A DNA stretch of 64,000 nucleotides from assembly GCA_964646815.1 (NCBI GenBank), contig CAZYFH010000008.1:8675-72674 (forward strand), in the 5' to 3' direction. How positions within the stretch are numbered: the stretch's first letter is position 1; every line of letters begins with the position of its first letter. Source of the stretch: an uncultured Vicinamibacteraceae bacterium (GTDB lineage: Bacteria; Acidobacteriota; Vicinamibacteria; Vicinamibacterales; UBA8438). Below are positions 31,226 to 40,779 of the stretch, one piece after another. Position numbers and translations under genes: made by a program. The notes beneath the pieces are model-generated. The model was given only the letters and a program-made list of their open reading frames with translations, did no database searches and was not told the DNA's origin.

Positions 31226-32047
31226 TCAGCCGCCGGCCGGAGTCAGGCCGCGGGCAAGCCGCTCGCGCGCCGCAGTCACCGCGCGGTGAAAGGCGAACAG
31301 GAAGTCCGCGTTATCCGCACGGTCGGTGAAGTTGTAGGTCCGGCCGCCCCGTTGCTTGATCCGGAGATTGTGCCCCAAGTAGTCGACCTCGAACTGCTCG
31401 AGATCGGGGAAGGGCAGCGTGAACGCATCATCGTCATCGGTTTCGAACCGGATGCCGCCGGTGTCGGCCACCAGGACCCCCTCGCAGTCGCCGAACCGAT
31501 GCTTGTGCACCACCGGCACCCGCTCGTTCAGGCGCACCACTCGGAAGCGAACGTCTACCTCGGTGAGGCTGTCCGCGGTGATCGCGACCTCCTCGACCTG
31601 GCTCTGGAAGCCACTCGCCGTGACGTTGATGCGCCGCTGTCCTGGTTCGACGTCGGAGGATTCGAACGGCGTGCGACCGACGAACTCCCGGTCGATGAAC
31701 ACGTCGGCCGGCTCCACGTCAGCAGTCACACGCAGCCGCACGGGATCCGGCACCGCTCGGATCGGGATCTCCGGCGCGGGTTCCGGGTCGGCGGGCGCGG
31801 GGGCCGGTTCGGGATCCCTGGGTGGCGGCGGCGGTGCAGATGGCGGGGCGGCGGCGGCTGGTGGCGGTGCGGCCACCGGTCGTGCATCTGTCTCGGTCCG
31901 CGCCTCCGGCTCGGGTGGCGGCGGTGCGAACGATGGGAGCATGACGTACAGGCCGGTCGCCGCGAGGACTAAGATCACGCTGACCGCCAGCCACCGCGGC
32001 GAGCGTCGTTCGGACGGCTCGCTCGGGTCCAACAGGCTCATCGGCAC
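31226..32047 (-). CDS. Membrane-anchored Pro/Ala-rich protein with PEGA-like domain
   Basis: One TM segment, a low-complexity PPPPEPEA...PAPAP linker, and a PEGA-like block (ADVFIDREFVGRTPF...GQRRINVTASGF). Confidence 0.5.
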   Translation of the reverse strand: MPMSLLDPSEPSERRSPRWLAVSVILVLAATGLYVMLPSFAPPPPEPEARTETDARPVAAPPPAAAAPPSAPPPPPRDPEPAPAPADPEPAPEIPIRAVPDPVRLRVTADVEPADVFIDREFVGRTPFESSDVEPGQRRINVTASGFQSQVEEVAITADSLTEVDVRFRVVRLNERVPVVHKHRFGDCEGVLVADTGGIRFETDDDDAFTLPFPDLEQFEVDYLGHNLRIKQRGGRTYNFTDRADNADFLFAFHRAVTAARERLARGLTPAGG

Positions 32048-32064
32048 ATGATACTGTCCGAGGA

Positions 32065-33195
32065 ATGACCCGCCCAGTCGGACGTCTCGTCCCGTGTCTC
32101 GTGGCCGGCGTGGTGGTGACGGTTGGGGCGCAGGCGCCGGACGAGCCCTACGTCACGCCGCTCGCGGTCGTCGAGATGACCGGCAAGCAGTTGTTGCTCC
32201 ACACCGACCGTGGCGAGATCGCGATCGATCTGCGCCCGGACCTCGCTCCCAATCACGTTGGTCTCGTGATGGAAATGGCGAAAGAGGGCGCCTACGATGG
32301 CACCGTCTTCCACCGCATGGTGGCGCACGGCATCGTCCAGGGCGGCGATCCGCTCACAACCGACCCGGCACGGGCGGATGTCTATGGCCGCGGTGGTCTG
32401 GGCATGGTGGACGCCGAACTCAGCGACGCGCAGCATCTCCGCGGTTCGGTCTCAGCCGTGCTCGTGCCCGGCCAACTCGACAGCGGTGGCGCGCAGTTCT
32501 TCATCTGTGTCGTCGCTCAGCCGGCGCTCGATGGCCGGCACACCATCTGGGGTCAGGTGGCCGACGGCATGAACGTCGTCACGACGATCTCCGAGACCCC
32601 GGTCGATTCGGAGGGCCGGGCGATGGAGCGCGTCACGGTGCGCGCTGCCACCATCCGCGACAAGCCGCCGCCAGAGGCGGTGCCCTTTACGACGGAGACC
32701 GACGCCGAGCTTGCTGCCTTCCGCGCCCTACTCGAGACGGACGCGGGCTCGATTGCGATCGACTTCTATCCGGACCGCGCGCCAGCTCACGTGCGCAACT
32801 TCCTGCGTCTTGCCGAGGCCGGGGTTTACGACGGCATGGCGTTTCATCGTGTCGTCCCAGGGTTCGTCATCCAGAGCGGGCACCTCCCGACGCGACGCGA
32901 CCCGCTCACGGATCGGCAGCAGCGCCTCATCGAGAGCTTGGAGCCGGAGTTCAATGACACGCCCCACGTTGCGGGCATAGTGTCGATGGCGCGGCTCGAT
33001 GACCCGGCCAGCGCGTCGACCTCGTTCTTTATTTGCACGGACGCAGCTAGCGAGCTCGACCGGAAGTACACCGCGTTCGGTGTCGTCGTAGCGGGGCTCG
33101 ACGTCGTGAGGACCATTGAGGCGATGCCGACAGACGGTGAAGAGGCGCCCGTCGCGCGCGTCGAGATCCGCGACGCGCGCGTCGTGCGGCGGTAG
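32065..33195 (+). CDS. Tandem cyclophilin-type peptidyl-prolyl cis-trans isomerase, secreted
   Basis: Two cyclophilin domains: FHRMVAHGIVQGGDP...GAQFFICV and FHRVVPGFVIQSG...STSFFICT. Confidence 0.85.
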   Translation: MTRPVGRLVPCLVAGVVVTVGAQAPDEPYVTPLAVVEMTGKQLLLHTDRGEIAIDLRPDLAPNHVGLVMEMAKEGAYDGTVFHRMVAHGIVQGGDPLTTDPARADVYGRGGLGMVDAELSDAQHLRGSVSAVLVPGQLDSGGAQFFICVVAQPALDGRHTIWGQVADGMNVVTTISETPVDSEGRAMERVTVRAATIRDKPPPEAVPFTTETDAELAAFRALLETDAGSIAIDFYPDRAPAHVRNFLRLAEAGVYDGMAFHRVVPGFVIQSGHLPTRRDPLTDRQQRLIESLEPEFNDTPHVAGIVSMARLDDPASASTSFFICTDAASELDRKYTAFGVVVAGLDVVRTIEAMPTDGEEAPVARVEIRDARVVRR

Positions 33196-33344
33196 TGTTC
33201 TGCGACCGTCGGGTGCCGGCTGGACCGCGGTTCCGGCTGGCGCTCGGGGCGCGGTGATCGGGTGGACACTTGGGTGGGGGCAGCCGGTGACGCGACGCCG
33301 GCGGTAAGATGACCCTGTCGCGACGCGAATGAAAGGTACGGGAG

Positions 33345-34313
33345 ATGATCAAAAGGCGTCACACGGCGGTGTCGGCAGTCGTCGCAGCGGCGCTTGTGGT
33401 CTCGATATTGCCCAGTCCGGCCTTGGGCCAATCGAAGACCGCGTGGGGCGATCCGGACCTGCAGGGCATATGGGACTTCCGGACGATTACGCCCATGGAG
33501 CGGTCCGAAGAGCTGGCCGATCAAGAGTTCCTGACGGCGGAAGAGGCGGCCAACCTGGAGCGCGAGGTCCTCGAGCGGAACGCGCAGCTGGATAGCCGAG
33601 CGGCGCGGCGCACCGAAGCCGGCGGCAGCGTCGGCGCCTACAACAATTTCTGGATGGACCGGGGCACACGAACGGTCGGCAGCCGTCGGACGTCGCTCGT
33701 GATCGACCCACCGAACGGTCGGATCCCGCCGTTGACCGCGGCCGGCCAGGCGCGCAAGGATGCGACCGCCGCCCTGCGCCGACGCCCCGCCATCGGCCCG
33801 GAGGACCGCAGCATGGGTGAACGGTGCCTCCTCGGGTTCAACGCCGGCCCCCCGATGGAGCCGCGCGCGTACAACAACCACGTCCAGCTGTTTCAGACGC
33901 CAACCCACCTCGTGATCCTGAACGAGATGGTCAACGATGCCCGTATCGTGCCGCTTGACGGTCGGGAGCATCTCCGCGAGGACACGCGCCAGTGGCGGGG
34001 CGATTCCCGCGGGCGATGGGACGGCGACACCCTCGTGGTCGAAACACGTAACTTCCACACGCGGACTGCCTTCAGTGAGCGGCAGGGCTCGAGCCCGCAG
34101 ATGGAGCTCGTCGAGCGGTTCATGCGGCTGGATGCCAACACGCTGCTGTATGAGGCGACGATGAACGATCCGTCGACCTGGATACAGGCGTGGACGTTCG
34201 AAGTGACGATGTTCCGGAGCGACGAGCCGGTCTACGAGTACGCGTGTCACGAGGGGAACTACGGGATGGACGGCATCCTCGCGGGGGCACGCGCCGACGA
34301 TGCCGACCGGTAG
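33345..34313 (+). CDS. Secreted protein of unknown function (YEYACHEGN family), paralog of 718..1809
   Basis: Signal peptide plus the blocks shared with the paralog: DLQGIW, RTSLVIDPPNGRIPP, PLDGR, RGRWDGDTLVVETRN, YEYACHEGN. Confidence 0.6.
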   Translation: MIKRRHTAVSAVVAAALVVSILPSPALGQSKTAWGDPDLQGIWDFRTITPMERSEELADQEFLTAEEAANLEREVLERNAQLDSRAARRTEAGGSVGAYNNFWMDRGTRTVGSRRTSLVIDPPNGRIPPLTAAGQARKDATAALRRRPAIGPEDRSMGERCLLGFNAGPPMEPRAYNNHVQLFQTPTHLVILNEMVNDARIVPLDGREHLREDTRQWRGDSRGRWDGDTLVVETRNFHTRTAFSERQGSSPQMELVERFMRLDANTLLYEATMNDPSTWIQAWTFEVTMFRSDEPVYEYACHEGNYGMDGILAGARADDADR

Positions 34314-34350
34314 TCACCTCACTTGTGGACCAGAGGGACTGCTCGCGGCA

Positions 34351-35355
34351 CTACATCCGCAACAGCGTCTCCGCGAGCCCCACGTACAGATCGACCGCTT
34401 CATGTAGCTCGACGATCGACACGTGCTCGTCATCGGTGTGCGCGACGTGCACGGAGCCTGGACCAAGGAGGAGCGGCTTGCCCCAGGCGGTCAGGAAGGG
34501 GATGTCGGTCGTGAACGAGAAGACGTCGGTCTCAAAGCCGGGCACCGTCGTCAACGTCACCGGCGGCACGACCACGATGTCCTCGAGCGTGACGCGTTCG
34601 CGGAGGGGCGCCAAGCTGCTCAGCACATCGGCGGCCGGCCCGACCGTCCGGAAGTTTACGTCGGCCTCCGCAATTGGTGGGACGACGTTCGGCGCGACCC
34701 CGCCGGACATCAGCCCGACGGTGTAGCTGGTCTTGCCGAGCGCGGGGTCCTCGGGTAATGGCAGGTCGCGCAGGGCGACCAGCGCGTCGAGGAGCTTGTC
34801 GATCGCCGAGTCGCCGAGCTCCGGGTAGGCGGAGTGCGCTGCCCGCCCGCTCGCTCGGAGGCGCACGCGATAGGCACCGCGTGTCGCCGCGCCCAGCCGG
34901 TTGCCCGTCGGTTCACCGTTGATGAGATAGCGCGCCGTCGAGACGAGAGTGTTCGCCGCCTGCGCACCCTGACTGCCGCGCTCTTCGCCGACGACCACTA
35001 GGAGGCCGACACGCGCCTCGCCGGTGCCACGTAGCTGTTCGAGCGCCGCCAACATCGCCGCCAGGATGCCCTTGGCGTCGCACGCGCCGCGTCCGTACAG
35101 CATGCCATCTTTCTCCCTGCTCGGAACATACGGCGGCACGCAGTCGATGTGCGTGGATAGCACGACCTCGGGCGACGTCTGGCCGACGGTCGCGATGAGG
35201 TTGGCGCGGTTCTCGGCGACCGGTTGCTCGACGATGTCGTAGCCGCGCTCGCTCAGCCAGTCAGACACCCACGCCGTCGCCTCCGCTTCGCGTCCGCTGG
35301 TCGAGTCGATGTCGATGAGCGCGCGGGCGGTCTGGACGAGCGTTACCGAATCCAT
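34351..35355 (-). CDS. dapE: M20-family metallopeptidase, probable succinyl-diaminopimelate desuccinylase (or ArgE-like deacylase)
   Basis: STHIDCVPP, GRGACDAKG and GEERGSQG are M20 metal-site blocks. ATG at 35355 (MDSVTLVQTARALIDIDS). The gene is last in a dapB-dapA-dapD string and overlaps the dapD stop. Confidence 0.65.
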   Translation of the reverse strand: MDSVTLVQTARALIDIDSTSGREAEATAWVSDWLSERGYDIVEQPVAENRANLIATVGQTSPEVVLSTHIDCVPPYVPSREKDGMLYGRGACDAKGILAAMLAALEQLRGTGEARVGLLVVVGEERGSQGAQAANTLVSTARYLINGEPTGNRLGAATRGAYRVRLRASGRAAHSAYPELGDSAIDKLLDALVALRDLPLPEDPALGKTSYTVGLMSGGVAPNVVPPIAEADVNFRTVGPAADVLSSLAPLRERVTLEDIVVVPPVTLTTVPGFETDVFSFTTDIPFLTAWGKPLLLGPGSVHVAHTDDEHVSIVELHEAVDLYVGLAETLLRM

Positions 35356-36200
35356 GCCTCGAGCTCGGTGCGGGTGTCGGTCCGATCGTCCCGGTACTTG
35401 ACGATGACCGGTGTCGCCAACGACAGGCCCCATTCTGGCCCTGGTGCCGCGGTCACGGCGCGCGCGCCCGGTACGACGACGGCGCCTGTGGGAATGATTA
35501 TGGGTTGTCCCGGCTCCGGCCTGATGAGCCGCCGCTTCGGTAGGTCGTAGACCGGCGTCGAGCCCGTTAACACCGTGCCCGCGCCGATGACGGCGCGTCG
35601 CTTGACGACGGCGCCCTCGTAGAGCCCAGTGTTGCCACCGATCAGTACCTCGTCCTCAATAATCACAGGGAGTGCACCGACCGGCTCGAGGACGCCGCCA
35701 ATCTGGGCACCGGCGCTCACGTGCACGCGGCTGCCGACCTGGGCGCAGGAGCCGACTAGCGCGTGCGAGTCGATCAGGCTGTTATCGCCCACGTACCCGC
35801 CGATGTTGATGTACATCGGTGGCATGCAGATCACGCCGCGCCCCAGATATGCCCCATCGCGGACGGAGGATCCCCCCGGCACCACGCGGATCCCAGAATC
35901 GGTTCGGAGCGGTTTCAGTGGAAGCGTGTCCTTGTCGAGGAAGGGGGCGTCTACGCTCGGTGCGTCATAGGCCACGATCTTGCCACTGCGGAAGCCGACC
36001 AGGATCCCCTGCTTCACCCACGCATTGACCCGCCAGCCGGTCGCGGTGGAGCCATCGGGCTCGGCCGCGCGCACGCGACCCGCCGACAACTCCTTGCGCA
36101 GCCGCGCGAAGGCGGCGCGCGACTCATCGCGGTCCGCGTCGGCGGCCTGGTCGAATAGCCGCTGGATCTGGGCTGCGAGCTGCGGAACGGTTACGGTCAT
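35343..36200 (-). CDS. dapD: 2,3,4,5-tetrahydropyridine-2,6-dicarboxylate N-succinyltransferase
   Basis: A left-handed beta-helix hexapeptide repeat region (GGYVGDNSLIDSHALVGSCAQVGSRVHVSAGAQIGGVLEP) with a DapD-type N-terminal domain. The start overlaps the dapA stop. Confidence 0.85.
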   Translation of the reverse strand: MTVTVPQLAAQIQRLFDQAADADRDESRAAFARLRKELSAGRVRAAEPDGSTATGWRVNAWVKQGILVGFRSGKIVAYDAPSVDAPFLDKDTLPLKPLRTDSGIRVVPGGSSVRDGAYLGRGVICMPPMYINIGGYVGDNSLIDSHALVGSCAQVGSRVHVSAGAQIGGVLEPVGALPVIIEDEVLIGGNTGLYEGAVVKRRAVIGAGTVLTGSTPVYDLPKRRLIRPEPGQPIIIPTGAVVVPGARAVTAAPGPEWGLSLATPVIVKYRDDRTDTRTELEAWIR

Positions 36201-37105
36201 CGCACCGGGTGGAGCTCGGCGCGGGGCAGCCCAAGCTGCGCGAGCACCTCGACGATTCGGGCCCGCGACGCCGGTCGGGGGGGGACCAGTGGCAACCGAT
36301 AGACCTCCTCCAGCAGCCCCATCTCGGCCATCGCGGCCTTGACCGGGATTGGATTCGACTCGACGAAGTTCACCTGCATCAGGGGTAGCAGGCGCTCGTG
36401 CACCGCGCGGGCGGTCGTCAGGTCGCCGGCGAGTCCGGCGTCGACGAGCCGTGCCATCTCGGCGGGGGTCTCGTTGGCGGCCACTGAGATCACGCCGACA
36501 CCGCCAAGCGCCATCAACGGGAGCGTGAACGCGTCATCCCCCGAGAGCACGTTGAAGTCGTTGGGTACGGTGCGACAGATCTCGCACATCTGTGCGAGAT
36601 CGCCGGACGCCTCCTTGACGCCGACGACATTGGGAATGCCCGCCAATCGGACCAGCGTCACCGGATCGATGTTGATGCCGGTGCGTCCTGGAACGTTGTA
36701 GACGACGATCGGCAAAGGGGTCGCGTCCGCAATGGCCTGGAAATGCTGATACAACCCCTCCGGGGTCGGCTTGTTGTAGTACGGGGTGACCGAGAGTAGG
36801 CCGTTTGCGCCGAGGTGCTCCAGATCGCGGGCGAGCCCCACGATCGACCGCGTGTCGTAACCACCGGCACCGGCGAGGACCGGTACCCGGCCGGCGGCCG
36901 CCGCGATCACCAGCTCGACGACCCGCAGCTGCTCGGATCGCGAAAGTGTGGGGTTTTCTCCCGTCGTGCCGCACGGCACCAGGAAATGCACGCCGCCCGA
37001 GATCTGCCGCTCGACGAGGCGCGCGATCGCCGCCTCGTCCAGTCCGCCGGCCTTGGTGAACGGGGTCACCAGCGCCGGTCCGCAACCTGCCCATCGCGTG
37101 CGCAT
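36197..37105 (-). CDS. dapA: 4-hydroxy-tetrahydrodipicolinate synthase
   Basis: PALVTPF...VPCGTTGE...YNVPGRTG, and the active-site Lys context VGVKEASGD. ATG at 37105 after GGAAGA (the ORF track start 37144 is a GTG). Confidence 0.9.
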   Translation of the reverse strand: MRTRWAGCGPALVTPFTKAGGLDEAAIARLVERQISGGVHFLVPCGTTGENPTLSRSEQLRVVELVIAAAAGRVPVLAGAGGYDTRSIVGLARDLEHLGANGLLSVTPYYNKPTPEGLYQHFQAIADATPLPIVVYNVPGRTGINIDPVTLVRLAGIPNVVGVKEASGDLAQMCEICRTVPNDFNVLSGDDAFTLPLMALGGVGVISVAANETPAEMARLVDAGLAGDLTTARAVHERLLPLMQVNFVESNPIPVKAAMAEMGLLEEVYRLPLVPPRPASRARIVEVLAQLGLPRAELHPVR

Positions 37106-37118
37106 GTCCGTCTTCCGT

Positions 37119-37820
37119 CTACTCGCCCAGCCCGAGCACGTCACGCATCGTAAACCAGCCGCGACGTCCCTTGATCCAGTGTGCCGCTTCCAGCGCGCCG
37201 CGCGCGAACGTCGACCGGTCGCGCGTCGTGTGGGTCAAGGTCAGTGTCTCGAAGGGTCCGTCGTATCCCACGCGGTGGGTTCCCGGCATGCTGCCCGCGC
37301 GCGTTGACGCAATGTCGATGCCGCGATCGTACCCCGCTCCCTGCATCGCCGCTTCCAGCGCGAGGGCGGTCCCGGAGGGCGCGTCCTGCTTCGCGGCATG
37401 ATGTCCCTCGTGGATCCACGCCCCGAAATCGTCATAGCGGGCGAGCAGCGCTGCGCTGCGTTCGACGATCGCCTGGAACACGTTGACGCCAAGCGAGAAG
37501 TTGGCCGCGTGGACGACGCCGATCCCCGCGGCTTCGGCAACGTCGCGTACCGCCTTCTCCTGAGCGTTCCAGCCCGTGGTACCGATGACGACGTTGATGC
37601 CCAGCGCTGCCAGCTTCGTCACGTTGGTCACCACCGCAGTGGCGAGCGAGAACTCAATCGCCACGTCGACGGCGTCGAGCCGGGTGGCCGAGATGCCTGC
37701 CCCATCGGCGTTGTCGTTGATGTCGAGTCGTTCGATGATGCGACAGTCATGCGTGTGGCTCAGCGCATCGATCGCCTTCCCCATCCGGCCATAGCCGATC
37801 AGCGCGACCCTCAGGCTCAT
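37119..37820 (-). CDS. dapB: 4-hydroxy-tetrahydrodipicolinate reductase
   Basis: The last 233 aa of the long ORF begin MSLRVALIGYGRMGK (NAD-binding GxGxxG), followed by GTTGW and HHAAKQDAPSGTA (the DapB HHxxKxDxPSGTA signature). The start overlaps the upstream ACT gene stop. Confidence 0.85.
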   Translation of the reverse strand: MSLRVALIGYGRMGKAIDALSHTHDCRIIERLDINDNADGAGISATRLDAVDVAIEFSLATAVVTNVTKLAALGINVVIGTTGWNAQEKAVRDVAEAAGIGVVHAANFSLGVNVFQAIVERSAALLARYDDFGAWIHEGHHAAKQDAPSGTALALEAAMQGAGYDRGIDIASTRAGSMPGTHRVGYDGPFETLTLTHTTRDRSTFARGALEAAHWIKGRRGWFTMRDVLGLGE

Positions 37821-38272
37821 GATCGACGGTCCGGTTGCGGAGTCCGACCCTGAATGACCTTGCGAATCAACGTCGCCGCCCGGCGGCGCTCGTCGTCCGT
37901 GCGGAAGCCGAGTAGCGCAGTGTAGCGGGCGCCGACCACTTGCGCGGACAGGAAGCGGACCTTGATGCCGGTCCACGCGATGGCGCTCGTGACTGCGAAG
38001 ACGAGCCCCGGCCGGTTCGCGCCCTCGACCAGCAACACAGGAGTCGGCGACCGGCTGAACCCGGCGGCACGCGCCACCACTCCCGCGCGGCGTCCGGCAC
38101 CAGGAATTATCTCCACACTCGCACGCATTGGCCGTCCCGGTACGTTCTGCTTGATGACGGCCTGAAGATTGATGCCAGCGTGCGCGAGCGGTTCCAGGAC
38201 GGCATCGAGCGCGCCGGGCCTGTTCGGGACCTCCGTCCGCCACAACACCACCCGTGTGATCTTGACGGTCAT
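37817..38272 (-). CDS. ACT-domain-like small protein, first gene of the dap operon
   Basis: 151 aa with two ACT-like halves (VPNRPGALDAVLEPLAHAGINL and ANRPGLVFAVTSAIAWTGIKV). Translationally coupled to dapB. Confidence 0.5.
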   Translation of the reverse strand: MTVKITRVVLWRTEVPNRPGALDAVLEPLAHAGINLQAVIKQNVPGRPMRASVEIIPGAGRRAGVVARAAGFSRSPTPVLLVEGANRPGLVFAVTSAIAWTGIKVRFLSAQVVGARYTALLGFRTDDERRRAATLIRKVIQGRTPQPDRRS

Positions 38273-38412
38273 GTCGATTGGTGCAACGGAACCACGGCGG
38301 AGAGCGTGACGCGATTATACTCGCTCGCCCGTACCGCACCGGCTCGTCAAAGGTACGGCCGCGGCCGAGTCGCCGGTGTATAGTCTGGCGCTTACCCACA
38401 CGGAGAGACCGG

Positions 38413-39408
38413 ATGGCGATGCCAGCAACGATGACCGTCGTCGAGATCACCGCGCCCGGTGGTCCTGACGCCCTGGCGCTGAAGACGCGCGCGGTGCCGG
38501 TGCCTGGCGCCGACGAACTACTCGTCGAGGTGGCGGCTGCGGGTCTCAACCGCGCCGACATCATGCAGCGCGAAGGCAACTACCCGCCACCCCCCGGTGC
38601 GTCAGACATCCTCGGTCTCGAGGTGTCTGGCACCGTCGCGGTCATCGGTCCCGGGGTGACGGACTGGAGTGTGGGCGATCGCGTGTGCGCGCTGATCACC
38701 GGCGGCGGCTACGCGGATTACTGCGTTGCGCCAGCCCCGCAGTGCCTGCCGGTGCCGGAGACGGTGACCTTGGTGGAGGCCGCCAGCCTGCCGGAAGCCT
38801 ATTACACGGTCTGGACCAATGTCTTCGAGCGCGGACAGTTGTCGGCTGGCGAGAGCGTTCTCGTGCACGGTGGGTCGAGCGGCATCGGCACGACGGCCAT
38901 TCAGCTAGCACGGCGGTTCGGCGCCCGAGTCTTCGCCACCGCAGGCACCGCCGACAAGTGCGCAGCCTGCGAGCGCCTGGGCGCCGAGCGAGCGATCAAC
39001 TACCGTGCGGGCGATTTCGTGGCGGTCATTAAGGAGGCGACCGGCGGACGAGGCGTTGACCTGATTCTCGATATGGTCGGCGGTCCCTACCTCATGCGAA
39101 ACCTGGACTCCCTGGCGATCGAGGGACGCCTCGTCGTCATCGCGCTGATGGGCGGCGGCCAGACGGAGATCAACCTCGCCGCCGTGATGTCTCGGCGTCT
39201 GTTCGTGACCGGTTCAACCCTGCGAGCCCGCTCGGTCGAGCAGAAGGCCGCCATCGCCAGAGCGCTCCGCACCCAGGTGTGGCCGCATCTTGTCTCGGGC
39301 GCGCTCCGCCCCATCGTTCATGCAACCTATCCGTTCAGCGAGGCCGCGGAGGCACATCGGGTGATGGAGGCGAGCACGCATATTGGGAAAATCCTTCTAG
39401 TGCCCTAA
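38413..39408 (+). CDS. qor: NAD(P)H:quinone oxidoreductase (zeta-crystallin/MDR family)
   Basis: ATG at 38413. Shows the MDR pattern without zinc ligands: [35 protein letters not shown].SG, and [14 protein letters not shown]. Confidence 0.8.
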   Translation: [331 protein letters not shown]

Positions 39409-39491
39409 ATCTCTGGGTTCACTGCCTCATCACTGTTCCACGTCCCTTCGCAGCTCGTTCCGTGCCCATCGGTCCTCGCTCCACCCATGCG

Positions 39492-39534
39492 GAACCATGA
39501 ACCCTGCACACTGAATTCTGAACCCCGCCGATGC
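39492..39534 (-). repeat. GGGGTTCAG-type post-stop motif (copy 1, downstream of treT)
   Basis: In the gene sense the sequence reads TAG-GGTGCATCGGCGGGGTTCAGAATTCAGTGTGCAGGGTTCATGGTTCC. About five GTTCA/GAAYYC units occur with 7-nt periodicity. Confidence 0.35.
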
Positions 39535-39537
39535 ACC

Positions 39538-40779
39538 CTACTTCCGGCCGGCCGTCATCAGGGTGATGTCGTGCTCGCGATGCTCCATTGCGAGCATCAT
39601 CAGCAGGTAGTCGCGCACGTGGCGAGTCGTGAGGAAATTCTCGCGGACGTGCTGATGACCGTTCTTGCCAATCGACCGGCGGAGCTGCTCGTCGCCCAGA
39701 AGTTCGACGACGCGATTGGCGGCGCCCTCGGGTGAGTGAACGAGGAAGCCGGTCACGCCGTTCAGGATCTGTAGCTTGATGCCACCAACCGCGCCGGCGA
39801 CGACCGGCTTGCGTTTCCAGAGCGCTTCGGTAACCGTCAGGCCGAAGCCCTCCCTGAGCGATTTCTGCATGACTACTGTCGAGCCGCGCACCAAAGCGTT
39901 GATCTCGAGATCGGCGAACGGCGGCAGCAGCAGGACGTGGATGTCGGGGTCGTCCTGCGCGGCGTCTCTTACTTCCTGCAGAACCTTCTCGCCCTCGGGG
40001 TCGTCGCTTGCCCCACCGCCGGCGAGGATAAGCTGACAATCGTAGCGGCGCTTGACGAGTCGATAGGATTTGATGACGCCAAGCGGATCCTTGAGTCGGT
40101 CGAAGCGTGAGATCTGCGTGAGGATCGGCCGATCTGTGTCGACCTCGTATTTCTCCAGGACGGCGGTGACCTGGGCCTCCGGCAGATCGCGGTTCTTGTC
40201 GGCGAGCGGGTCGATGGACGGCGGCACCATGAACTGCGGAATCGCCAGCTTATGCGCGAACGCAGGCATCGAAAAGATCGACGCGTCGTACTGATCCACG
40301 AACCGCTTCAAGAAGCCCCACACCACCGGATCCGGCGCCGAGACGTCGATGTGGCAACGCCACAGCCAATGCCCGCCGGAGTCGTTCTTCTTGGCGATCA
40401 GTGCTGCCGGCTGCGGATCGTGGACGACGACGAAATCGCCCGCGTTTCCGAGGTCGTGGAGGTTCATGTCGGTCGTCTGACGGTAGACGTCGAACATGTC
40501 CTGCGTGATGACCTCCGTGCCGCCATGGAGCGCGTTGTGAAAGGCCTTGGTGACCTCGAAGAACGCCTGGTCGCCCTTCATTACGTCCCAGGTCGTCTCT
40601 ATTCCGAGGTCACGGAAAAGCGGCACCAGGCGGGTGAGCAACTCGGCCACGCCGCCACCCACGGACGTCGAGTTGATGTGTTGTAGCCGCCGGTGACGCA
40701 CGCGTTCGGCGAGGAGTGTGAGCTCGTCGATCGCAGCCGACCCGGCGACCCGGCGATAGTCCTCGAGGGTTGCACTCAT
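39538..40779 (-). CDS. treT: TreT-like trehalose glycosyltransferring synthase (GT4)
   Basis: Collinear blocks shared with archaeal TreT: INSTSVGGGVAELL..LVPL, FFEVTKAFHNALHG, VHDPQPAAL, WLWRCHID, PPSIDPL, ILTQISRFD, REGFGLTVTEALWK.KPVV, VGGIKLQI..GVTGFLV. Confidence 0.75.
   Translation of the reverse strand: MSATLEDYRRVAGSAAIDELTLLAERVRHRRLQHINSTSVGGGVAELLTRLVPLFRDLGIETTWDVMKGDQAFFEVTKAFHNALHGGTEVITQDMFDVYRQTTDMNLHDLGNAGDFVVVHDPQPAALIAKKNDSGGHWLWRCHIDVSAPDPVVWGFLKRFVDQYDASIFSMPAFAHKLAIPQFMVPPSIDPLADKNRDLPEAQVTAVLEKYEVDTDRPILTQISRFDRLKDPLGVIKSYRLVKRRYDCQLILAGGGASDDPEGEKVLQEVRDAAQDDPDIHVLLLPPFADLEINALVRGSTVVMQKSLREGFGLTVTEALWKRKPVVAGAVGGIKLQILNGVTGFLVHSPEGAANRVVELLGDEQLRRSIGKNGHQHVRENFLTTRHVRDYLLMMLAMEHREHDITLMTAGRK

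Noticed and set aside
32844-34250. Long antisense or overlapping ORFs, for example 32844..34250(-), 16194..17276(-), 27032..28801(+), 55678..57105(+), 52526..53248(+), 46792..48072(+) and 2583..4007(-).
   Set aside because: These are typical high-GC shadow ORFs. They are Arg/Pro/Gly/His-rich with no motifs, and each fully overlaps a gene with strong family signatures on the other strand.
37821-38579. The upstream 250 codons of the 486-aa ORF 37119..38579 might have been a long N-terminal extension of DapB.
   Set aside because: That part is Arg/Pro/Gly-rich low-complexity sequence overlapping the better ACT-domain ORF in another frame. DapB homology begins at MSLRVALIGYGRMGK.
39385-39410. CTAGTGCCCTAAATCTCTGGGTTC at the end of qor resembled the MITE terminal repeat CTAGTGGCCTGTATCGGGTGAATC.
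   Set aside because: Only about 12 of 20 positions match. The sequence is the coding 3' end of qor (...LLVP*), and no matching inverted partner or internal MITE sequence follows.
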